Shown piece after piece: positions 20,080 to 29,982 of a DNA stretch of 64,000 nucleotides (position 1 is the stretch's first letter; each line of letters begins with the position of its first letter). This DNA is from Candidatus Moraniibacteriota bacterium (GTDB lineage: Bacteria; Patescibacteriota; Minisyncoccia; Moranbacterales; UBA1568): assembly GCA_963743885.1 (NCBI GenBank), contig CAVURJ010000002.1, forward strand, positions 369,706 to 433,705, in the 5' to 3' direction. The notes beneath the pieces are model-generated. The model searched no databases. It was given only the letters and a program-made list of their open reading frames with translations, and was not told the DNA's origin. The translations under genes were made by a program, and so were the position numbers.

Positions 20080-21633
20080 ATGGGACTCACTTGGAATCGG
20101 ACGTGGCAGCTGCTCTTCGTGATCGTGGTACTCGCGGCGGGGATGCGTTTCTATGGGCTCGGGAACAATTCGTTCGTGGCGGATGAGTTCCTCGATATCA
20201 ACTCGAGCTATGGTTACGCGCAGACGGAGGAATGGAAGGCTTGGGATTTCAATTTCGGGCAGCCGGCCGTGATGAATGAGAATGATGCTCGCGATGAGCG
20301 TGCCTTCATCTACAAGTGGCAGGTGGCGCAGCTCTTCGAGGTACTGCCGCCGACCGAAGCCGTCGCCCGTTCCGTGAGCGTAGCTTGGGGGCTTGTCTCT
20401 GTCGTCGCGATGTTCTGGGCGGCGTATGTCTACACACGGAAGAAGGAGATCGGTCTGCTTGCCGCACTTCTTTTTGCAGTAGCGGTTTCTGGTATCATCT
20501 TCGATCGTCGTCTGCGCATGTATGCGATGTTCTTTCCGGTCTATCTTGTTCTCGCGACCGTACTGTATCGTTTCCTCGAATCAGAATATCAGGGGAAGAT
20601 TGAATGGATCCGGACGCTCTGGAAGCGGACCGAGCTCAACCTCTCCTATGCACCGGCTGTTCTAGTGTTTGGCATCCTTGGAATCATGACACATCAGCTG
20701 ACCGCCGTCATCGTATTTTCGGCTGCAGCCTACCTCGCCGCTCGTGCCGTGTGCGAATATCGTGCTTCGCATACCCTGAAGAACAAATATGTAGCACTTC
20801 TCGGGGCAGGACTACTCGGTCTCGTGCTGCTCTACTTCGTCGCGTCGGGGCTCATCCTTGCTTTCGCGGCTGGACTGACATTCCTTGATGACCATTATAG
20901 CTATTTCGGCTATATCTTCGCGGATTATGCACACCAGCTCCTGGTAGCGGCGCTTATGGCATACGGTGCGTATACGCTCGCTCGAACGGGCGAAGAGGGC
21001 CGCAAGGCTGCAGGATGGCTCTCGCTATCTTTCCTTGTGCCGCTCATCCTCGCGGTCTGGTTCTTCCGTCGCAATGCCGGCCCGCAGTATATCTTCTTCG
21101 CGCAGTCCTTCGGTATGATTCTGGCAGCAGCTGGTATCTGGTATCTGTGGGAACTTCTTTCCAGTCGTTTCGCCGAGTGGGGGAAGAAGGGTTCGTATGC
21201 ACTCCTCGTGCTCATGATCTTCCTTGTGCCGAATTGGGGGTATTTCCTCGAGGAGAACAATACCTATCACGAGACATCGACTGGCGGCAATCCGAACTAT
21301 CGCAAGGTCTTCACATATTTCGAGAAGACCATGGCGGAAGGCGATGTGCTCATCACCCGCAATTTCCGCAATTATTATTGGTCGGACGCAAAGGTACCGG
21401 TCTTTGATTTCGGCGGCGAGCTGTCCAAGGAGCGCTTTTCGCTTGCGGAGCTTGAGAAGATCGTGGCGGAGCATCAGCACGGTTGGGTGATCATCTCGAC
21501 GAATGACTACGACTACATTTCGAAGGAAGCTGAGGAATACTGGAAGAAGCATATGGAGCGCGTGAGTAACGATAAAGTCCGCGGTGATATTGAGGTGTAT
21601 CGGTGGGGTGTCAGTGTGCCGATGCTGCCGTAA
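20080..21633 (+). CDS. GT-C-fold membrane glycosyltransferase (ArnT/PMT-like)
   Basis: Motif ADEFLDINSSYGYA after the first TM helix, with a polytopic topology. Confidence 0.6.
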   Translation: MGLTWNRTWQLLFVIVVLAAGMRFYGLGNNSFVADEFLDINSSYGYAQTEEWKAWDFNFGQPAVMNENDARDERAFIYKWQVAQLFEVLPPTEAVARSVSVAWGLVSVVAMFWAAYVYTRKKEIGLLAALLFAVAVSGIIFDRRLRMYAMFFPVYLVLATVLYRFLESEYQGKIEWIRTLWKRTELNLSYAPAVLVFGILGIMTHQLTAVIVFSAAAYLAARAVCEYRASHTLKNKYVALLGAGLLGLVLLYFVASGLILAFAAGLTFLDDHYSYFGYIFADYAHQLLVAALMAYGAYTLARTGEEGRKAAGWLSLSFLVPLILAVWFFRRNAGPQYIFFAQSFGMILAAAGIWYLWELLSSRFAEWGKKGSYALLVLMIFLVPNWGYFLEENNTYHETSTGGNPNYRKVFTYFEKTMAEGDVLITRNFRNYYWSDAKVPVFDFGGELSKERFSLAELEKIVAEHQHGWVIISTNDYDYISKEAEEYWKKHMERVSNDKVRGDIEVYRWGVSVPMLP

Positions 21634-21666
21634 GCGCGAGAGGATTTGTGGAGAAGTAAAAAAAAT

Positions 21667-21703
21667 CGTCCAGAGTCCCCATATGGGTTCTGGACGTTTT
21701 TTC
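21667..21703. terminator. Bidirectional intrinsic terminator
   Basis: aaaaaaaaTCGTCCAGAgtccccatatgggtTCTGGACGttttttc. Confidence 0.75.
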
Positions 21704-21727
21704 TGTCGGGTTTCCGATAGAATGTGG

Positions 21728-22438
21728 CTAAGTAGCTTCGGTGATAATCGTGGTCTGCCCGTCGCTATACGGCCCGGATCTCTTGTTGGATTCCTTCCGA
21801 AGGCAGTAATCCTCGATTTCTGTCGGGGTGAAAGCACATTCGTGCTCGAGCAGGTAGAGCGCTTCCCCTTCTGGGTCTGCTGTAAGCGACAGCTTTTTCA
21901 AGAGAAGTTTGTAGAGCTTCCGGCAGAAGAGTTTCCTGATTTTCGCGTACGTCTCGTTGCTGATTTCAGAACGATTGGCGTAGTAGAACTCATGGAATGA
22001 GACCAAATAGCCGCTTCTGGTCTGCTGATAAGACTGCCAGCATTCGTTATCCGGATCTGATGGATCCAAGCTCTGCTTGTATGCGCTGATGATTTGTCCT
22101 GGCCGATTCTTGCAATCCTCGTAGAGATCATCTGGTGTAGCGTCGAATTCGATCCAATCGATGGCGCCGATCCGGTCGGCTCGCTTGATGATATTCATAA
22201 GCCGCATAGCGCAATCATAGCAGAAGCATTGATTGAACGGGCTCCGGAAATTTTCAACCGTCACTTCCCGTTCGAGCGCGAGCTTGATGTTGAGAGCGCG
22301 ATTCCGGGCGAGCGCCCGTAGGATCGGTAGGAGAGTGACGTTGTGGATGCTGATAAGAACAGCGAAAAGGGCATTCCTCATGGCTGCTATTCCTTTCTTG
22401 GGGGCAATGGGATTGTGAAGGAACAGAATCTCTATCAC
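21728..22438 (-). CDS. Hypothetical Cys-containing protein (start possibly at the MRNALF codon, 22381)
   Basis: An ORF of up to 236 aa with no confident family assignment. Confidence 0.35.
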   Translation of the reverse strand: MIEILFLHNPIAPKKGIAAMRNALFAVLISIHNVTLLPILRALARNRALNIKLALEREVTVENFRSPFNQCFCYDCAMRLMNIIKRADRIGAIDWIEFDATPDDLYEDCKNRPGQIISAYKQSLDPSDPDNECWQSYQQTRSGYLVSFHEFYYANRSEISNETYAKIRKLFCRKLYKLLLKKLSLTADPEGEALYLLEHECAFTPTEIEDYCLRKESNKRSGPYSDGQTTIITEAT

Positions 22439-22463
22439 GCTATAGTATGCATTGGAAGCATAA

Positions 22464-24017
22464 TTATGTCAATATTTCGCCGGTCTTTTTTGGTCGGGAG
22501 AAGAGTTTGATGAGCGGGGCGATATCGTCGTCTGTAAGCTCTCGGACGAGGCGGAGCAATGCGAAGTAAGCGAAGAAGAGGATAGTACCGGAGACGAGGA
22601 AACTCCAATCGCCCATCGGGAAGACGTGTTTGGCAAAGAGCGCGATGATGATGGCGGCCAAGTGCGAGAAGAAGATCATGTGGATCGAGATATGCGCGTG
22701 GAAGTGAATCTTGGTATAGATGAGGATACCAATCATGAGGAGACAGGAGATGATGGTCGTGGCGAAGGCGGCACCGAGGATGCCGTAGGGCGGAATGAGG
22801 AAGAAAGTGAGGATCGCCATGCCGATGAAGCCGCCGATCGAGAGGTACATAGGAATCTTTACCTGGCCTGCGCCGTTTAATGCGAAAGCGAGGACATAGA
22901 AGACGGTGAGGAAACCGACACCAATCGCGAAGACGCCCATGGTCGCTTCGGCGCCCTCGTAACGGCTGCCGTAGAAGAGATGGAGCACCTGCGAGGCATA
23001 GGTGGAGAGGAGTGTGATGACCGGGAAGAGGATGAGGACGAGCAGCCGGAGCGCTTTCTCAACGAGGCTCTTGGTTTCAGCATCATTGCGTTCGGCGGTC
23101 GTCTTGGAGATGGCCGGAAGCATGATCATGGCGAGTGCCGCGAAGAGGTAGTAGGGCACGCGGCCGACAGTGATGGCAGCGTTGTAGAGGCCGGTCAGGT
23201 GATCATTCTGGAGGAGTGCTTTGACGAAATAGAGGTCGATGGTGAGTAGAAGCTCGTAGAAGACGAGAAAAAGCGTAAGCGGGCCGGCGTAGGCGAGGAT
23301 GGTCTTGGCAGGAAAATCGAAGGCATGGCCGTCTTGTTTCGCACCATAGCCGAGCCGGCGCTTGACGTAGAACTCGTCGATCAGGATGGCTGCGCCGAAA
23401 GTGAAGAGCGGAGCGAGGATATAGCCGCCGACCGCGCCTTCGAGGCCGAAGAAGACAGCTGCAAGCGCGATGAAACCGACGCGAGCGAAAGAGCGGATGA
23501 TCTTCATGATGGCCTGGATCTTGAAGAGATGGAGGCCGATCAGGTAGTAGTGATAGAAGGAAGCCGCGGCGAAGGCCGGGATGATGAGTGAGGAGATACG
23601 AAAGAGTGACGTGAGCGATGGGTCGCGGAGTGCCCAAGCGATGACCGGAGCGAGCAGAAAGAAGAGGACGGTGATACCGCCGATGATCGCTGCCTGGAGG
23701 AGGGCGGTCTTGTGTTTGATAGAGCGGATCTGCGACGGATCTTGCTCGAGAACGGCGCTCAGATACTTCGACATGGCAGTCGGGATGCCATTGCCGATGA
23801 GTACGATGACCATGGTCGTGAGCGTGACCACGAGACCGTAGCGGCCGTAGTCAGCCGGCCCCAAGATGCGCCCGGCGACCGAATGTACGACGTAGGCGGC
23901 GACGTTGAATATCAGTTCAGAGGCTGTCAGCCAGATGAGCGCGGAGGAGAATTTTTTCATAATCGATACGAATACTATCACCCGATACGAATACTGCGAA
24001 TTATATCCGAATGACAC
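22464..24017 (-). CDS. Wzx-like polysaccharide/oligosaccharide flippase (MOP superfamily)
   Basis: About 14 TM helices, about 500 aa, and an N-terminal region typical of PF01943 polysaccharide-biosynthesis proteins. The start is likely at 23957 (MKKFSSAL). Confidence 0.7.
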   Translation of the reverse strand: MSFGYNSQYSYRVIVFVSIMKKFSSALIWLTASELIFNVAAYVVHSVAGRILGPADYGRYGLVVTLTTMVIVLIGNGIPTAMSKYLSAVLEQDPSQIRSIKHKTALLQAAIIGGITVLFFLLAPVIAWALRDPSLTSLFRISSLIIPAFAAASFYHYYLIGLHLFKIQAIMKIIRSFARVGFIALAAVFFGLEGAVGGYILAPLFTFGAAILIDEFYVKRRLGYGAKQDGHAFDFPAKTILAYAGPLTLFLVFYELLLTIDLYFVKALLQNDHLTGLYNAAITVGRVPYYLFAALAMIMLPAISKTTAERNDAETKSLVEKALRLLVLILFPVITLLSTYASQVLHLFYGSRYEGAEATMGVFAIGVGFLTVFYVLAFALNGAGQVKIPMYLSIGGFIGMAILTFFLIPPYGILGAAFATTIISCLLMIGILIYTKIHFHAHISIHMIFFSHLAAIIIALFAKHVFPMGDWSFLVSGTILFFAYFALLRLVRELTDDDIAPLIKLFSRPKKTGEILT

Positions 24018-24547
24018 GAATTAATTGAGGCCCGATACGAATGATCCGAAAAATATCCGAATAACACGAATTAATAATTCCCTACCTATCAGTAAGAGAA
24101 TAACCGACTATTTCTTTTATTGTAGAGGTTTTTTGGAAAAAAAGAAAAGGCTACTATGGAGGGTAGCCTTGGGTGGGACGGAGATCCGGAGGGTTGAGAT
24201 GATCGATCCCTTGTCGACTTTTGTCGAATCCTCTGGTTTCAGCTCGGGCAGGCGTATCGTCGCATGAGTGGAAGGGTTGGGCGTTTGCACGCGTTTTCCA
24301 AAACCCGCATCACTAATGAGCCGTGCCGCTGGAAGAAATTTTCTTCCTTAGCTGATTATCGCAAGGGATATCCCGTATTTTCGGTTGAGGATGAGTATGG
24401 GTCTGCAATGTGCAGTTACGTCCATGCGATATCTCTCCCGGGCTCTCCGTCCCTGGAAAAGCTCTTCTGAAAAGCCCTTTCAGGGACGGGGAAAGCATTG
24501 TTAAGAACATTTATTCTAGCGCAAAAAACGTATTCTGTCAAGAATAT

Positions 24548-25177
24548 TTATGATAGAATTCCTGATTTTTCCTTTACTTGAACGAATATTGACTCTTTAT
24601 CTGTGGAGGCGTCGATGACGGTCATGTTCCAGGAAGTAAGCTTTTTCTTGAAGAGAGTCTGCTTGGCGTGGAGATAGTCGATGCCTTGTTCTGGGGCGCG
24701 CTCGCGCGACATGATGGTCTCTGGGGTGAGATCGAAGTATAAAGCGAAATCTGGATGTGGGAGGATGCCCTCGATGAGGCGAGCACGGAGATCCCAGAAA
24801 GCGAAGCGCGGCGGCTTCCCTTCGGAGAGGTATTCGAGGTTGATGATGGTGTCGTAGAAGTAGCGGTCGGAGAGGAGATAGTCGCAGTTCTCTTTCTTGA
24901 GTTTCCGGAGCAGGCAGTGGAAGCGCCAAATATCGATGACGAGGAATTTCTGTCTGGTGACAAGCGAGAGCCAGGAGGCTCGAGTAATCGCCTTGTCTTT
25001 GCCTGGTTCGAAATCTTTCCGGCCCTTGAGGAGGCGTGCCAATCTGTTCAGGAATGAGAATTCGATTGCGTGGAAATACGCGACATTGTGATTGTCGCGC
25101 TCAAGCTTCTCCCGAAGGAGTGTTAATTGGGTCGATTTTCCGGATCCGTCGACACCGGAAAAAGTGATGAATTTCAT
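24548..25177 (-). CDS. Thymidylate-kinase-like P-loop nucleoside monophosphate kinase
   Basis: P-loop FITFSGVDGSGKSTQ and a DRY-like DRYFYD motif, 209 aa. Confidence 0.5.
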   Translation of the reverse strand: MKFITFSGVDGSGKSTQLTLLREKLERDNHNVAYFHAIEFSFLNRLARLLKGRKDFEPGKDKAITRASWLSLVTRQKFLVIDIWRFHCLLRKLKKENCDYLLSDRYFYDTIINLEYLSEGKPPRFAFWDLRARLIEGILPHPDFALYFDLTPETIMSRERAPEQGIDYLHAKQTLFKKKLTSWNMTVIDASTDKESIFVQVKEKSGILS

Positions 25178-25272
25178 AGACTAAGAGTATCAAAAATGGC
25201 TTCTGTTCGCAAACAAAGAAATAGCCCCGCGATACTGCACGTATGCGGGGCACGAGGGAATGAGCGGGCGGC

Positions 25273-25620
25273 TTACTGATAGTCCGTAAGTGCGATTTCC
25301 TTGGCCTTGTCGTAGGCTGCGGCAATGATCGGGGCAGCGTTGTAGCTGTTATCGCATCTTCCATTGGGAAGGCTACGGAAGCATCCTTCGCGAGAGAGGT
25401 CATACCCCGTTATGGCGCGTGCGGCTACACTTCTTTGTTGTAGGGTCTCGTCGAGTTGCTCGCAATCGACGATGAAGTAAACAGCAACACCGAGAGCTGG
25501 GAAACAGGCTACCATCTGGTGCGGGCCGCTCCCAGAGTACGGGTTGTGCTCGTAAATGAACGGATTTTCAGGGAACTGCATTGCAATCTCCTTTTCGTTG
25601 GTTGGTCCGGATTTGGACAT
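25273..25620 (-). CDS. Hypothetical protein
   Basis: A 115-aa ORF with no motif. Confidence 0.3.
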   Translation of the reverse strand: MSKSGPTNEKEIAMQFPENPFIYEHNPYSGSGPHQMVACFPALGVAVYFIVDCEQLDETLQQRSVAARAITGYDLSREGCFRSLPNGRCDNSYNAAPIIAAAYDKAKEIALTDYQ

Positions 25621-25747
25621 TCGATTATGGCATGATATCGGTTTTCCGTCAATGCGCCACTACGCTTGTTTGTGCTATTCTTATATAAAATACGCAGTGG
25701 GATATGACAAGAAGAATACCCAATAAAGTGGTCGTACCAGTTTTGAT

Positions 25748-26155
25748 ATGAAAGACCAGAATTATTACGATACCTTCATAGAAGTCGCAGATGATTGTCC
25801 GGCGATGGCTGGTGAGGTGCCAGTACAGAAAACCACTGAGAAATCAGTGGCTGTCTTGCAGCATGAACTGATAAGCAAGCATCCGGGGAAGTATACGCAA
25901 GAGGATGTGCTTTTCAGGGTCTTCGCTACGAGGCAGGGGATTGCCCGTGCCGATCAGAAGAAAGCTCGCGAGGTATTCTTTTCCAAGGGGCAGCCGTGTA
26001 TGCGGTGTTCGCCGCTCGGGAAACGATACGGATGGGGCATTTATTGCGATTCAGATGGCAGAGTCTCTCTGATATCGAGAGGTACGAAAGAATATGCGAA
26101 GTTGGCTAGCGACAAGACGATAAAGCATCTCAAAGCGATGCGATCGAAACGTTAG
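25748..26155 (+). CDS. Conserved hypothetical protein (small Cys-containing, DUF-type)
   Basis: 135 aa, NYYDTFIEVADDCP ... FFSKGQPCMRCSPLGKRYGWG. Confidence 0.4.
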   Translation: MKDQNYYDTFIEVADDCPAMAGEVPVQKTTEKSVAVLQHELISKHPGKYTQEDVLFRVFATRQGIARADQKKAREVFFSKGQPCMRCSPLGKRYGWGIYCDSDGRVSLISRGTKEYAKLASDKTIKHLKAMRSKR

Positions 26156-26158
26156 TAT

Positions 26159-27619
26159 ATGGTAAGATATTTTTTCTTTGCATTTCTTTTTCTTCTGCCG
26201 CTTCAGACGGTGTATTTGTTGCGCGAAGTATTTGTCGGGGGAGAGAAGTGGCAGTATGGTGTGATTGCCGTGTATGGAACAGACGTTATACTTCTTTTTT
26301 CGATAGTTGCTTTTATCTTTTCTTGTGATCTAAGGAAGCGATGGCAATCGATAAGTGATGCAGGATGCAAGATAAGTGATTGGAAACGAAGTTTCCAGAA
26401 TCCTTTATCCCTTATCTCTTATCCCTTATCTCTTATCGTGCTCGTTCTGTGGGCTGGTCTGTCTATTCTATGGGCGCCGGATCAGATGCTGGCTGCATAT
26501 TTCTTCGTGAAACTCCTACTTGCGGCCGGAGTATTCTTTTTGGCGCGATCGCTTTCTGATGAAGATACAAAGACCGCGATTAGATTGCTGATTATCGGAG
26601 CGGTAGTGCAGAGCCTGCTTGGAGCATGGCAGTTCCTCGCACAGAGCACGTTCGCCTCGACGCTCCTCGGTATGAGCGCACACGAGGTGGCAGAGGCCGG
26701 GACGTCGGTGCTCAAAGGTTGGCACCAGCGTTGGCTCCGTGCGTATGGAACGTTCGAGCATCCGAACGTGTTAGGAGGATTCTTAGCGACTGTACTTGTG
26801 TTGATTGTCGGTTATTTTTCTTCTGTCATTCCGGCCCCCGAGCCGGAATCCAGGACTTCGTTTTCTGGATCCCGGATCAAGTCCGGGATGACAATAGCTA
26901 GCGCTATCATTGTTCTCCTTGGATTAATCCTGACCTTTTCTCGTTCCGCGTGGCTCGGAGCAGCTTTAGGTATCACTGTTTTTTCAATATATTCCTACCT
27001 GAACTTGGTATCTAATCGTGTCATAATTCCGCGGCCGCGGAATTATGACACTGTTTTTGGAATGCTCATGGTATTGGGAGTGGCAGGAGCAGTGTTTGTG
27101 GGGGTGTTGCATGAGACGGTGTTTCCGCGGTTCGATAGCGCGGCGATAGAGCGTGAGGGATCGGTCTCAGAGCGCGTACAATCGCTCGAGGACGCGAAAA
27201 CGGTCATAGGTGAGGGGAATATGCTCCTCGGCACGGGAGTTGGCAATTCCACAGCTGAAATGATGCGATTACAGCCTGGCCGGCCCGTATGGAGTATCCA
27301 ACCGGCGCACAATATTCCCGTTCTCGTCTTTGCCGAGCTTGGCTTGGTCGGACTGGTGCTCTTCATAACTTTTCTTTTCTCTGTCATTCTGATCCGCCAG
27401 CCAGCGGAGAAGAATCTCGAGATTCCTCGACAACCTGCCCGACACGCTGATGCGAGTCACGCGGGCGGGGCTCGGAATGACAGCCAGGGGCATGGCGCGA
27501 TATATATCGTCGCACTTGTAGTGCTTGTCCCCGCGCTACTTCTCGACCATTACCTCTGGACATCGCATTTCGGATTGTTATTCTTCTTCCTGCTCCTTGG
27601 CTTTGCAGCGAGGAGATAA
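26159..27619 (+). CDS. O-antigen ligase-like (Wzy_C domain) polytopic membrane protein
   Basis: TFSRSAWLGAALG motif within a TM domain of about 12 helices, and an embedded low-complexity repeat at 26349-26438. Confidence 0.6.
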   Translation: MVRYFFFAFLFLLPLQTVYLLREVFVGGEKWQYGVIAVYGTDVILLFSIVAFIFSCDLRKRWQSISDAGCKISDWKRSFQNPLSLISYPLSLIVLVLWAGLSILWAPDQMLAAYFFVKLLLAAGVFFLARSLSDEDTKTAIRLLIIGAVVQSLLGAWQFLAQSTFASTLLGMSAHEVAEAGTSVLKGWHQRWLRAYGTFEHPNVLGGFLATVLVLIVGYFSSVIPAPEPESRTSFSGSRIKSGMTIASAIIVLLGLILTFSRSAWLGAALGITVFSIYSYLNLVSNRVIIPRPRNYDTVFGMLMVLGVAGAVFVGVLHETVFPRFDSAAIEREGSVSERVQSLEDAKTVIGEGNMLLGTGVGNSTAEMMRLQPGRPVWSIQPAHNIPVLVFAELGLVGLVLFITFLFSVILIRQPAEKNLEIPRQPARHADASHAGGARNDSQGHGAIYIVALVVLVPALLLDHYLWTSHFGLLFFFLLLGFAARR

Positions 27620-27624
27620 AAAAA

Positions 27625-27656
27625 GACCTGCCGAAGTTTTGCCTCGGCAGGCTTGT
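27625..27656. terminator. Intrinsic terminator (serves the minus-strand gene)
   Basis: aaaaaaaGACCTGCCGAAGttttGCCTCGGCAGGC. Confidence 0.6.
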
Positions 27657-27669
27657 CATGGTGGATCGT

Positions 27670-28122
27670 TCAGGTGTTGGCCTTCAAGAAGGCGGCGATG
27701 ATGTTCTTGGCCTCTTCAGGGGTTTCGTAGCTGTGACACTCGAACGGTGTCGAAATGAAAGCCGAGCCTTGTTTACCTCGAGTGTAGGCAGACACGGCTA
27801 CTTTGTCGCCTTTGAATAGGCAAAGAATTGGCTTTCCGAGGTGGGCCATGTCTGCGATTTCGCCGCCAGTACCCAGGCTCGGATTACTGATTTCGAATAC
27901 GCCGGCAGCGGATGCTTGCAGCCAGCGGTAGTCCCGATCATGGATATCGGCTGGCGATAGAGCGTTCTCTTCTTCAAGGACACCCTTCCGCACCTGGTGC
28001 TTCGAGGCGAGCTCATAGCCGAGTTCTTCGATGATGGCTGGGAGCTGAGCCAGGTCTTCCCGACTCACTACTCCGTGACCGCCACGCATGGAACATCCGA
28101 AAAACACTTTCTTATTTGCCAT
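27670..28122 (-). CDS. Nucleoside 2-deoxyribosyltransferase-like protein
   Basis: 150 aa. The N-terminal KVFFGCSMRGG, the Rossmann-like order and the conserved acidic residues fit the PF05014/PF15891-like fold. Confidence 0.45.
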   Translation of the reverse strand: MANKKVFFGCSMRGGHGVVSREDLAQLPAIIEELGYELASKHQVRKGVLEEENALSPADIHDRDYRWLQASAAGVFEISNPSLGTGGEIADMAHLGKPILCLFKGDKVAVSAYTRGKQGSAFISTPFECHSYETPEEAKNIIAAFLKANT

Positions 28123-28341
28123 CAGAATCTCCTTGTTTGATTGGAAACAACTATTACTAACACCTGAGCATAGGGAATAAGCGGCTTGTTGTCAACAAAA
28201 AACCGCTTCGGTCAATATGACGGAGCGGCTTTTTCTTTGTCTGGGATATTCTTGGGTGTCACCACGGGATTCTTCGCTACGCTCAGAATGACAAGAAATT
28301 TGAATTCCGTTGATTGTTAGCTGTTCACTGCTGACTGATTC

Positions 28342-29847
28342 CTAATACATGATCACTGACACTGGCTGCATCTTGGCGACAGGCTTCACGATCTGGTTCT
28401 CTTCGACGCTTGCGATGACGTCTTCGGCACGCTTGTAATGCGAGGAATCTTGTTCGATCACTTTGGACGAGCGGCCGTTATAGAGCTTTACGCCTTTCGC
28501 TTCAAGTTTTTTATCGAGCTCGGCTTTGTTCTCTGGGATGACGGTATCGGTCTTCTGGGCGGACTTGCCAGCACCGTGGTTGCAGGAGAAGAACGTGGAA
28601 TCATTGCCGTCCTGGCCGACACAGAGATAGGCTTCCGTCGACATAGAGGTCGGGATGAACGCTGGTTCGCCGGTCTGCCCGAAGAGCGGATGATCGGTCA
28701 TGCGTGACGGGCCGAAAGCACGACTGGTGCCATTCCTATGCACCCAAGCCTTCTGTCCGAAGTGCTCTTCCTCTGAAACAAGGATGTGCGGCATGTCGTA
28801 GATGAGCTCAAGTTCCGGGTCACGGTCGAGGACGCGCTTGATCGTCTCGGAGACGTTGTGCGCGATGACAGCGCGGTTGGCATGTGCGAAGTTGGAGCAG
28901 GCATTCCTGGCAGCCATATAGAGGCGACCGTCTTCGCCCTCGCCATCAAAGGAGATGAGCGGCTCGGCTTTGCCGAAGTCGGATTCCCGGATTTTCTTGG
29001 CGATACCGTTTACGATCTTCTTGTACGGAGTGCTCCAGAAGAAGCGGCCGATGTTCATGAGGATAGCGGTCGAGAGGTGTTCGCGCTTCTTGGCGGTGTA
29101 CATATACATCGCATACTGTCCGAGGATGCCGGAACCACAGTGGATCATGAAGACGTACTGGCCCTTCTTGATGCCGAACTTCTCTGCGACCGTCGGATCG
29201 ATGATGTCGGTGATCTTCATGAGATCGAGGAAATGGTTACCGGCGGCTCCGAGGATGCCAGAGCGGAACTGTGCGAAGAAGAGGAAGAGCTTGGGCAGGA
29301 TGTCGTAGATATGCTTGCGTGACTGTTCCTCACCGAAGAAGTTGCCGCGATCAAGCGAATTCTCAGCCTCATATTTCGTCTCGATACCAAGGTGGTCGAT
29401 GAGCGGGCGGATGCCTTTGCGGCAGATGTCGACAATGACCCGGAACGGGAGGTAGGTGCCGACGTATGCTTTGGTCGGGACCTTCGCCACGAGTGCTTCA
29501 AAGAGACGTTCCAGTTCTTCGGGTGTCGTATTTTCCTCGGTGAGATTGGTCTTGACGAGGCGCATGCCACAGGCAGGATCACTGTCATTCAACTGTGGGA
29601 GAATGTGATGCTCGGAGAGGACGGTCGTACCGGTCGCGTTCTTGCGGCCAGGCTTGCTGTGCACGTCGGCCATGGCAGCGATGTGATGGAAGACCTCCTT
29701 GTTTGATGCGACGCTCTCGAGCTGGACAAGAGTCGAATCGTTCGGCAAAAGCTCATCCTGCACGTGGAAGATGACAGGAACCCTCATTTTTCCTGTCTTG
29801 AGTTCGGATCGATAATCGGATATTTTCTTGATATCGTTTGCCAACAT
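28342..29847 (-). CDS. rtcB: RtcB-family RNA ligase (divergent)
   Basis: Catalytic CNHGAGK (NHGAGR-like), an HCGSGILG metal-binding motif, and a C-terminal region of about 500 aa. The start is reassigned to the internal M because the ORF-caller start MELEILNFEF is encoded by the intergenic repeat. Confidence 0.65.
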   Translation of the reverse strand: MLANDIKKISDYRSELKTGKMRVPVIFHVQDELLPNDSTLVQLESVASNKEVFHHIAAMADVHSKPGRKNATGTTVLSEHHILPQLNDSDPACGMRLVKTNLTEENTTPEELERLFEALVAKVPTKAYVGTYLPFRVIVDICRKGIRPLIDHLGIETKYEAENSLDRGNFFGEEQSRKHIYDILPKLFLFFAQFRSGILGAAGNHFLDLMKITDIIDPTVAEKFGIKKGQYVFMIHCGSGILGQYAMYMYTAKKREHLSTAILMNIGRFFWSTPYKKIVNGIAKKIRESDFGKAEPLISFDGEGEDGRLYMAARNACSNFAHANRAVIAHNVSETIKRVLDRDPELELIYDMPHILVSEEEHFGQKAWVHRNGTSRAFGPSRMTDHPLFGQTGEPAFIPTSMSTEAYLCVGQDGNDSTFFSCNHGAGKSAQKTDTVIPENKAELDKKLEAKGVKLYNGRSSKVIEQDSSHYKRAEDVIASVEENQIVKPVAKMQPVSVIMY

Positions 29848-29856
29848 AGTTTTATG

Positions 29857-29982
29857 AAATTCAAAATTCAAAATTTCAAGTTCCAAATAAATCTTAAATC
29901 CTAATATTCAAACCCTGAGCGTTTTTGTTTTTGGATTTTGATATTGTTATTTATTTGGAAATTGTGATTTTGGATTTGTAAT
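29857..29982. repeat. Intergenic quasi-palindromic repeat family, copy A
   Basis: aaattcaaaatttcaagttccaaataaatc ... atttatttggaaattgtgattttggatttgtaattt. Confidence 0.75.

Noticed and set aside
29848-29886. ORF-caller N-termini MELEILNFEF (rtcB), MELEILSFEF (30950-31138) and MNLFGNCNFEF (GT4 at 34937)
   Set aside because: These peptides are translations of the intergenic repeat itself. The true starts are the downstream in-frame ATGs.
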